64,000 bases of DNA from Eledone cirrhosa (taxonomy: Eukaryota), in contig OZ024742.1 in NCBI GenBank assembly GCA_964016885.1, forward strand, positions 264,120,001-264,184,000. Direction: 5' to 3'. The notes under the pieces are model-generated. The model saw nothing but the letters and a program-made list of their open reading frames with translations, was not told the DNA's origin and ran no database searches. Position numbers and translations under genes: made by a program. How positions within the stretch are numbered: the stretch's first letter is position 1; every line of letters starts with the position of its first letter. Below, piece after piece: positions 53,191-64,000 of this stretch.

Positions 53191-53197
<7 letters not shown>
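51029..53197. mobile_element. 2.2 kb PLE inverted repeat with a GIY-YIG C-terminus in the spacer
   Basis: Arms 51029-51980 and 52225-53197. The spacer (+) reads YKLHWEILAWARSY..YDLCAAEALEIL..FLNKKSEAISACKHK*. Confidence 0.9.
53124..53174 (+). ncRNA. HHR-like motif with CAGAAGA core (mirror 51054-51104, minus)
   Basis: AGUUU-CAGAAGA-U-CCC-GUUAA-GGG-U-GAAA-GCA..UGC-UU|AAACU. Confidence 0.7.
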
Positions 53198-53265
<68 letters not shown>

Positions 53266-53269
53266 AAAA

Positions 53270-53911
53270 TAACGACGAAATGCTTCTCTGTATTTTTTTC
53301 GGAAAGTATATTTATTCCATTTCAGAAACTAATTAGTTGGGAGTGAAATTTTAGTAAGTAAGTTAACTTTATAATTTTCTTATTTTACGTCTCTCATATT
53401 ACTGTTCTGCAACCCCATGCATTGAACCACAAAGTTACTAAGACAAAACCTATATATTTGCTAGTATTGATATGCATCTGTATGTATATATATGTTACTA
53501 GATATTAATTCTTTATAATTATCTCCAAATTATTTGTCGAGCAATATAGGCCAAGACTGCTGCTATGGTAGCAGGCAGGCCGCTGTCTTATTAACAAACC
53601 ACTTTCCACTGATTGACCTCGATGTCACGTGATTGATTCTTTTTGAATTTGCCACCGACGCAGAGGCAGTGATTTTCTCAATGGCTAGGAATTCAAACCA
53701 CGCTTTGCTATTTTCTATCCACTGAATTATTTTTGTATAAGTTTCCAGAGTCCTCGCTTTGCCTGGAAACTTAGCTGAGAATAGTCTTCCCTGACGACGA
53801 AATGCTTCTATGTATTTTCTTCGGAAAGTATATTTATTCCATTTCAGAAACTAATTAGTTGGGAGTGAAATTTTAGTAAGTAAGTTAATTTTATAATTTT
53901 CTTATTTTACG

Positions 53912-53920
<9 letters not shown>
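53270..53920 (+). mobile_element. Non-coding HHR element with 522 nt monomer
   Basis: 53273-53399 is repeated at 53795-53921; predicted cleavage sites after 53338 and 53860; (TA)n on both sides. Confidence 0.8.
53786..53865 (+). ncRNA. Type I HHR with palindromic stem III
   Basis: CUUCC-CUGACGA-C-GAAAUG..CAUUUC-A-GAAA-CUAAUUAG-UU|GGGAG. Confidence 0.8.
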
Positions 53921-53957
<37 letters not shown>

Positions 53958-55062
53958 CATAAGTTATCATACCCAAGCATAACTTTAGTTTTGGGGGTAA
54001 TCCTCAGTCACACACACACACACACAAGCACGTACACACACACACATATATATATGCATGTGTGTGTGTGAGAGAGAGAGAGAGTGAGTGTATGTGTGTG
54101 TGTGTGTGTGTTAAAAATTCACTTGGAGACGTTAAGAAGGTTTATTTACATTAACCTAACTGGTTTCACAATTTCATGATTTTCAAAATTAGTGTTAGAT
54201 GGAGGAACGTACAGCTGTGACATCACTGCCTCACCTGTATATTGGAAATTCACGCTAATATGAATATAATGCATATATTCGTAGACTATATGTATGATGT
54301 GGGTATAGTTAATACTAATTGTGCTTCATTGCCTTTATCTTTGTAAATTTATTTGTATACAAAGTTATGTGCAGATGTGTTAAATAGTTGTTCACTGAAG
54401 TATGTATATATGTTTACAAATATTTATATGTGCGGCTATATAGGCACGCGTCTGCCTTTGTACTTATATGCAGATACGTGTATCTGTATGTGGTTGTGAG
54501 TATGTGCGTGTAGGTAGCTGAACATATTTAAATATTCATGTTTGTGTGTGTGTGTGTGTGCGCGCATATGAGTGTGAATGGATATGTATGTGTTTGTATG
54601 ATAATTTTTATGCATGATCATTTTTATGTAGGATAATTTTTATGTATGAAATTGTGTCTGTATCCATATAGAATGAATGTTATTATGTGTGCGTGTGACT
54701 GGAGGAATGCATACGTAATTATGTGTATGAATATGCGTATGTGAGTGGATGATTGTATACGTAATTATATGCATTTATGTGTGCGTGAATGTATGTGTGT
54801 GTTCGCAAAAATCTGTGTATGTGTCTGCACAAGATGGTGTCTGTTTTATCAATGTGCATGTTATAATTTCGTGTGTATGTGTTTGTGTATCCATGCATTT
54901 GTGCGCGTGTGGGGGCCTTTTGGAAATACACAAGTATATAGAGCTTCTTTGAAGATAAGAAAGTGCATCTATATTTGCATGCAATGTTTTTGTTGCTTTT
55001 CATTTCTCTTTTTTTTCTCTCCCCTTCTCTCCCTTCCCTCTTTTTCTCCCCCTCCCCCTCTG

Positions 55063-55672
<610 letters not shown>

Positions 55673-55964
55673 CATGTATTGACGGCGCACCTTCAATCAG
55701 TGGCAACGATTGGCCTAGATTATACGATATTGCTCTTGAAATTGGCGTTAATAGGCGGTGGATTGCCAATCTCTTGTCTCTACATCGTTCACACACATCT
55801 CATAGGAAACAGTGGCAGATCAATATACGAGATTGATTGATAGTGGGAAGAGAAAGAGAAAGTGAAAGAAATGGTTATAGACTAAAGAGTAGTAGAGTGG
55901 GAAATATATTAAGGGAGAGAGTGTGTGTGTGAAAGATACATAGATACACACACACACACAGACA

Positions 55965-56080
<116 letters not shown>

Positions 56081-56399
56081 CGGACAGACACACAGACAGA
56101 GAGAAAAAGACGGTGTGGGTAGTGGTTTCATCATCTGATCAGGATATGTTTACTTCTGCTCTCCCTGTTCCGGCTAGAGAGATGCGCGCACACGAATCTA
56201 TATGCGTGTGTAGGTCTGTATGCATTTATGTATAAAGTTATAGCTGTATATATACCGAGAGGGTACAGTGACTGTGCCAATGTGTATATGAATATACGCA
56301 TTTTTAATAAATAAACATGACATGTCTACATGCAAAAAATGTTCATATTTATAAACACAATAACCCTTTAAATGAAATGCACAACATATTGAAACTAAA

Positions 56400-56700
56400 A
56401 TTTATTTATTCTGTAAAACATATTCTGCGATGAAAGCAACATCTTTACAGTGCTTATTCAAAGCATTGAATTCTTTCTGTAACCGTTCCTTCGGCAATTG
56501 TCGAAACCAGCGCAACGATTCATCTACCAACTCTTCTAATGAAGCGAAAACAAATTTTCCAAGTTGTTGCTTTAATAACTTGAACACTCAACGATGGCAC
56601 AAATTTAAGTCGGGACGATAGGGTGATTATTTGATCATTGCCACTCTTCTCCTCTGGAAAAAATATTTTGTGGATTGAGTAGTTCGATGCTTGTATTATA
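56400..56700 (-). mobile_element. Tc1/mariner transposase C-terminal relic
   Basis: SPYRPDLN..VFKLLKQQL..F.S.EEL resembles the mariner YSPDLAP region. Confidence 0.55.
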
Positions 56701-56870
56701 AATTCACAAGAATGAGAGCAAAATAATTATGCATAGGCCTGTGACAAAATACAACATTCATACGAAATATCACACGCGTACAACAAAGTTCAAATTCCTA
56801 CTAATATTAAATACATTTACTGCTATATACAGCACACAGTCTACTATTCTAAAGACTTTATTGCCACGCC

Positions 56871-56923
<53 letters not shown>

Positions 56924-57199
56924 TATACCCCACCCTGATCCAAGCTGCCCTTACTGGCGTCCGTGAAACCATCACCATTGGATATTGCTAGAGTAAAACA
57001 ATCAGCAGGCTCAGAATAGCATATAACGGACATATGATCATGAAATATGTTTTTTGTTCTTTTACGTCTGATGGAGTGGTACAGATGCCGTAGTAGCGTA
57101 CGGCGTTTCTTTAGTATTTTATGCCTGGCACACCCCATCCCCTTCCAGGTTTGAACACAGCAGATATCCTTCAGAGATGGATAGAAAGTGAGAGAGTGG

Positions 57200-57300
57200 A
57201 AATGGGAAAGTGATATAGAAGAAGATAATCCTGATCAAATGTACAACGTCGAGGAAATTGACCTTTACTGGAAATGTTCACCAACAAAAACATTGTAAAG
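57200..57300 (+). mobile_element. pogo/Tigger transposase relic
   Basis: PDQMYNVEEIDLYWKCSPTKTL resembles the Tigger N-DETGL-WK-P motif. Confidence 0.45.
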
Positions 57301-58398
57301 TTCCAATGAAGCATAATAAAGAACTATTAAGAGTTCTTATATGCATAAATATATATGGCTAACACAAGATAACATTTTTTTGTATTTTTCAGTCTGTTAT
57401 AAGCCCCAAATAATAGATGCATGAAGAGCTTTATCAAAATCAGTATACTGAATGTGTGACATGAGTAAAAATGTGTTTTAATCCTTTTTATCTATTGAGC
57501 TTTTGCACAGAACCCAATTGTCTCTATACAGAATCCAATTGTCTCTATAGTTATGAAAGTGGATATGCATGAAATAACAATGATCAATAAACAACAGAAA
57601 TTCTGTAAGCAAAGTCACGGCAACATTGGAAAATTCTTAAAGAAATCTATTGAAGAAAATGTATCAACAAATCAAACATTCGTGTACAAGAATTTAAATT
57701 AGCATGATAATTTCTTTTTCGTGTAAAAATGGCTTTCCTTTATTTGAAAATTATTCTTTTAATATTAAATAACAAACTTTAAACGAGAGAAAGGGTGAGA
57801 AAATAATAGATAGACGTGGAGCGACAAAGAAGAAGAAGATGAGAAAAGAAAGGAAAATATCGAAAATAGAAGAAAGATAAAAGAGAAAAAATAGGGAAAA
57901 TTTCGAAGAGAGGAAAATTAGAGGGAAAAACTTTACATATAATTTATGGAGCCATGCCGTCAATTATGACAGTAATAGCATTGAACATATTTAATTTTTG
58001 CATTTCCAATTTCCTTTTCAATGTTGCTATTTCAAAAGTCCGTCTCTGTGTCTCTAGGTTGTGTTGCCAAAAATACGTTGACATAAAACGTTGTCTGAAG
58101 AAGTTTTGTTAATAATTGCGTAATGATATCATAGCATAACAAAGACTGACACAACAGCAAATGACGTAATACAGAGAATTGTGGAAACATACCTTTTATA
58201 TTCATTACTATTGTACGTATACGCCATCGTGTACTACCAGGATGATCCCACATCACGATTGGAAAGCTCATAAGTGGTTGAGTGCTTGATCCAACTTATA
58301 CTATTATTTATTGATTGGAGTGGTGCAGACGCAACTCCAACAACAAGTTAATCAACATTTATTACACAACTATATATATATACATACATAAAAACACA

Positions 58399-58553
<155 letters not shown>

Positions 58554-58663
58554 ATGTGTGTGTGTGTGTGTGTGCGTGCGATGCGCTACAAACTACAACA
58601 GAAACACAAACCCTCCATCTCAATTTTAAAGATTTCAATTTTTTTCCCCTTATAAATACATAG

Positions 58664-58745
<82 letters not shown>

Positions 58746-60134
58746 TTTATAAACAACAATCACAGAGTGTTTAGAATATTTAATCACTTACGATCGTTTC
58801 ATCTTAGCACAAGGCCGATATCACCGGAGTATATAAGGAAGGTTAAAACACAAATATAATATCAGAAGTTTGTCATAAGAACATTTTGAGGATACATAAT
58901 ATGCGAAGTAAGCATAAGTATCACCATTTATATAAGAGAAGATAGCAAAGGTAGAAGAAGCATATGGAAAATATGAGCATATAAATCAATAAAATGAAAT
59001 TAGGAACAGCTAAGAGCATTGAAAATTTAAAAAAACATGCTGGTATAGGGAAACATTCTGCTCTAATGAAGTTAAGTATAGTGTAAGATATATATCGTAA
59101 TTAGTAAATAAACATATATCATAATCATTACAAAAGTTTATAAAGTTAATAACGGCAGGTGTGCAGTTCAAATATAAATTTAAGAATATAAAAATACATC
59201 TCCAAAATATATTTTAATAAAAAGTTCGACTGCGTCATTCAGTCATAAAGATAAACTATTATTTTTCAAAGGTAATAATGTCAGATGAATGTAGTCAGCA
59301 AAATAACCATCAAGCTAGCAAAACTGAATCGTATCTGTTGAAATGTCTAGCCTTACCACACAATATGTGACGCTGAATCTCTACTAGAACTACGTTAAAA
59401 GTACACCACATTCTCATGGAATGCTCAGTTACTCGGATGTTAATTTCACGAGCAAACTGTTCCGTTGAGCGCATAATTTTAGCACGCGTCTTTGGATCCG
59501 ATGGCGGTCCAACATATATAATGCATACTAACATGATGCCTGCAAACTCTGCTAAGAGTACTGCAATCGCTTGTCAGATTACAGAGTTTGGTGCACTTTT
59601 AGGCTACGGCCAGTTACACACACCCGTAACATATCCTGAACAAGTAATGTCTGTGCTTTGAAGGTTTTTTTAAAGTGGGGAAAGGCATTGCACTCGACCA
59701 ATCCCATTCTCTGAGCATCGAAAACACTACCCGAAAAGGAGGACTGGTCAACATCATCGGATGCTTCCGAAGCCGCAGGTCTTTTTTTTTCCAGAGTTTC
59801 CCTCTCTTGAAAGGTGTTGTGACAACAACGGGGGGGGGGGGGGCTTTCACTCCCAGGTAGCAAAAAAACAAATACTATTTGGATGGCCGTTGACTCTGTT
59901 GAATTCCTCCGCCCTTTGCCGGGTCTTGTATTTCATCCCACAGGGTGTCCAAATATCACCCTCCTTACCAAGCAAGCTTGGTGGGGTTGCCGGTTTAGTC
60001 GCTGACGACCCGACCATGAGACAGGTTGTACTGGGTTACATGTTGCCAGTAGCACTCGAGAGCAGCCTGACAACCATACATACATACATGCGTACGTACG
60101 TACGTACATAAATACATACATACATACATACATC

Positions 60135-62200
60135 CATCGATGGTGATTGTTTCATTTTTGCAGATTATTGCCATCTCCCTATGCACCCCATCAAGCGTCA
60201 CCAACTCAAAACGTCCGTTCATGGTCTCTTAGGTGGCTTTTAAGTCCAGCTTTAGATTTGCACGGTCTACAGCAAATATGTCAGACAAAGGATGTGCTCT
60301 CTAATGAGTTGATTGGGTCAGTTTGGGGGACGTCATCCTTATGTGCCTTCATATGCCTTTTAAGACCAGAGATTGATTTTCAGATTTTTTGCACATCACG
60401 CATGTTGTCTCACCTAGTATTGGGGGGATAGTGGTGCATACAGTTGGCTTTTCATGTGATTTTAAATGAGCGATGCACCCAGATTTAGAGACCAGTAGAA
60501 AACCACACACTTCACAATTCCAGCTTCCTACGTTCTTTTTGAGGTTCATAGTGTAGCTTTTTCGAAGCTGACATTTCATTTTGCATGGTCAATACGTCTT
60601 TCTGCAAACATTCTGCAGCCTTCCTTCACATGTCCTCTCCATTTAACCCTCTTTAAAGCAAGTACTTCCCAGTTCTGAACTTCAAACTGTAGATCCTGAA
60701 GGTTGTTTTTTATGCAATGTTTATATTTTTTTTCTTGGTTTGAGCTGGCGTCGTTTCCCAGTGTGCAACTGTGTCCTACCCAACACTTTTCAGAGGATAT
60801 GATGGTAGATTCAATGCTCGTGCAACCAGCATCAATAAGGATTTATGTGTCAGGTATGTTTTTGTTGCCATTCGATGTTAAGGATTCGTGTTAAACACTT
60901 TTTATTAAAGTGTTCAAGCAAAACAAGGCGTCTACGATGTACTGCCCACGTTTCCGAAGAGTACAACTGATCACTCAGTATGCAAGCCTTATACACATCA
61001 ATCTTGGTCTTGATATTGATTCCATGATCCGCCCACACTCACTTTTCAAGTTTTCCGTGGGCTACACAGGCCTTCTGAATGCGCAGGTGTATTTCTGCAT
61101 ACAATGAACCATCCCTCGACAATGTACTGTCCAGCTAAACAAAAGTGTCAACTACACCCAACCTAGTTCCATGCACCATTATATTTGGCTCAATATATGC
61201 TTCCCCTGGTGATAGGATGAATATTACCTTATTCTTTTTCGGGTTAATTTTCATCCCAAAGGCATTGCAAGAAGCTGCAAAACCATCCATAGTGTGTTGC
61301 ATGTCATATTGAGAGTGAGCCAGAAAGTCAACACCATCTGCATACAGGAGTTCTCTAATTAGTATTTGGACCATCTTGGACTTGTAATTGAACTTTCTTA
61401 GGTCAAAGATTCTTCCTGTAGTTCTGACTTACAATATAACACCCTTTGTACATCCCTGGAATGTATGAGTCAGCATCACAGCAAAAAATATTGAAAACAC
61501 TGTGGGAGCCGGGATATTTCCCTGCTTCACGCCATTATCAACAATGATTCCATTGGACAATTCTCCATTCAAGACAACCCGAGCTTTCATGTTTCTGTGC
61601 AGTCGGATGAATATATCAATAAACTTTGGTGGCTACCCTTTTTTCCCTAGTATTTTCCACAGTTCACCTTTCTTCATTGTATCAAAGGCCTTTGTCAGAT
61701 ACACAAAAACCTGATACAGAGGAACCCGCCGCTCAGTACATTTCTCCTGCATCTGCCTTGCAGAGAAGATCATATCAATCGTCCCTCTGCCAGATCTAAA
61801 TCCACTTTGTGATTCATGGATTACTGTAGGACAAATGACTTCCATCAACCTGTTCAACAATAATCTAGCAAGAACTTTGCCCACAGATTCCAACAGAGTG
61901 ATGCCACGGTAGTGATTCTAATTTTCTTTATCCCCTTTACCTTTAAACAAGGTCACCAAGATACCATCTATATAATCTTGTGGTATAGGAGCGCCAGCCC
62001 AGCACTCTGTGAGGAGATGGAGTATTGTTTGTGTTATGTTCTTATTACCAACCTTTAACAATTTCACAGGGATTTCATCTGATCCAGGTGCCTTACCTGT
62101 GTTTAACTGGTTTATGGCTATTTTAACCTCATTATAATCTGGTAATCGATCCATTTAAAATTTACATATTGAGGGAAGCCATCTAGCACATCATGATCAA
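60135..62200 (-). mobile_element. RTE (BovB-like) LINE, decayed
   Basis: GKAPGSDEIP, YRGITLL, ESQSGFRSGRGTIDMIF, LTKAFDT, GVKQG, LLYADGV, LYSSETW and a C-terminal C2H2; abuts (CATA)n. Confidence 0.9.
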
Positions 62201-62374
62201 CTAATGATGGATTATCAAATAAATCTTTCATTGGAATTTAGACATCATCAACTAGGTAAATATGTATGCATGTCTATATGTGTGTGTGTGCAGATATGGA
62301 TGTTGTTGTATGTTTTAAGTTATATGAGTACACGTGCATATGTTTCTGTAGCTATACATGTATATATGCAGTTG

Positions 62375-62547
62375 CAGGTAAAATTCCGTTATAACGAATA
62401 CCATTATAACGAATTTTTAAGTATAATGACTTTTTTTCAATCCCTGGCCACACGCTCGATAGTTAAGTCGATCTCGTTGTAAAGAATTTTTCATTACAAC
62501 GAATTTATTTCATACACCGTGAATTTCGTTATAATGGAATTTCATTG
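62375..62547. mobile_element. pogo/Tigger-type MITE
   Basis: TIRs caggtaaaattccgttataacgaa and ttcgttataatggaatttcattg(ta), with internal ttataacgaa repeats. Confidence 0.7.
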
Positions 62548-63289
62548 TATTACATGCAGAATTAAAAAAAATACTTTACACAATTTTACAGTTTCAAGGT
62601 ACTTGCAACTTCCTAACTAACCGAGTTCTTTCTGGTTCTGTGAAGCCCAGCTTCTCAAGATTTGTACTGAAGCAGTTAGTAACATATCCAAGAGCCCAAT
62701 GACACAGGTACAAATCTAAAGGTATAGTCAGGGTGGAGTATCTGCAGATTTCTCATTAGTGTATATGTTAGAAATCAGCTCTCTCTATTGCTAAAAATGT
62801 ATAAAATAATGAAAGCAGAAGAATATAGATATTCTATTCCTATATTGTAATGTTTCTCAAAATGGCTTCAACGGAATCCTATGTTGAGATAAAGTGTCTA
62901 TTAATATCATCTGATGGATTTAAATTGAATTGGTAGCATTCACCGTATTTTTCACAACAGAAATTATCTAAAATAAATTGACATCAGCATCCCTTTCTCA
63001 TCTGGGAGCCTATGCGCTCTGTTATTAAACAATATTTTCTGTAGCCAAAAATACGGCGGTTTCGCTACTAATTTAATTCAATTTGCATATTCCACCACCC
63101 CCTTCTAAACACGTGATTGTTCAATGGATTTTATTTTTATGAATAAATTCTCTTTTTAAAACAATTTTTTGTTTCATTAATGTAGTAAATGGATTTGGGG
63201 AAATGTCTTTAAATACAGACATGGGTTATATGATCTTTTGTGACAGCATTATGTTTGGGAAGCACTGCCTTAATTAAATATCGTCTCCG

Positions 63290-63388
63290 GAGTGTGTCGT
63301 CCGCTGAAGGATTTGCGCTCAGAATGTACAGGACCTTAACCAAAAGCATTTACTCCGGCGCGATGATGGTTCTGCCATTCCACTGCCT
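63290..63388 (-). mobile_element. tRNA-derived SINE 5' part, degenerate
   Basis: Reverse complement ggcagtggaatggcagaacc..aaatgc..ttctgagcgcaaatcc. Confidence 0.55.
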
Positions 63389-63402
63389 AAATGAAAGAAA
63401 GG

Positions 63403-63444
<42 letters not shown>

Positions 63445-63468
63445 GAGGGAGAGAGAGAGAGAGAGAGA

Positions 63469-63501
<33 letters not shown>

Positions 63502-64000
63502 TGTGTGTGTGTCTTGATAGAAAGTGGGTATTTCTAGAGAGAGGGATTATAAATTAAAGGTGAAAGATTGGGAAGAGAATGATATTCAGGCCTCTCCTCT
63601 CTCTCTTTCTCTACCGAGTGAAATTGGGCAGGGCAGATGGAATAAGCAATAAAATGAATACATGCATTACACATTTAAATTCATCTATAATTCTTATTCT
63701 TTATCTCATTCTTTTAAATTCTCAATTCCACACACATGCAGATACTCATATATACACAAGTATGTACAAGTATGTACAAGTATGTATCTGCATGTGTGCA
63801 GATGAAATAATAAAAAAGAGAATTAGAAAGCGAAAGAATAAAAGTGATAGGCAAAGAAAAGATATTCAGAACGGAAGCGTATATATGTAATGTGAGGTGG
63901 AAGAAGAGGTGATGAGAATGAGAAAGAGCATCTTATAGTTGATGTAACGTAGAAAAAAAAAAGGTAGAGAGAGAGAGAGATACAATGACAGAGGAGAATA

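Noticed and set aside
55676-55830. hAT transposase fragment (DGAPS...H)
   Set aside because: Too short and degenerate to call confidently.
59280-59870. Host exon or decayed GIY-YIG
   Set aside because: Short ORFs without convincing motifs or splice context.

Overview
AT-rich, microsatellite-dense eukaryotic DNA, most likely octopus/cephalopod given the octopus-type tRNA-derived SINEs (inference). I see no intact host protein-coding gene. The window is a nest of mostly decayed transposons: R4/Dong-like, Tx1/L1-like, RTE and CRE-like non-LTR elements, a Helitron Rep/Hel with a canonical 3' end, hAT and pogo MITEs, SINEs, a degenerate tRNA-Asp/tRNA-Glu pair, and several Penelope-like elements (PLEs) that appear to belong to different clades. 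The notable signal lies at about 18-59 kb. It holds roughly 20 type I hammerhead ribozyme (HHR) motifs from a dozen or more sequence-unrelated families. Many have palindromic stem III, long stem II insertions or U3-A8 core covariation. They occur in (i) six palindromes of 150 bp to 4.4 kb inserted in (TA)n, each with one arm flush to the microsatellite and the other carrying an 85-135 bp tail, and (ii) non-coding 467-613 nt retrozyme-like units with terminal direct repeats. All folds and alignments were done by eye and coordinates are approximate.
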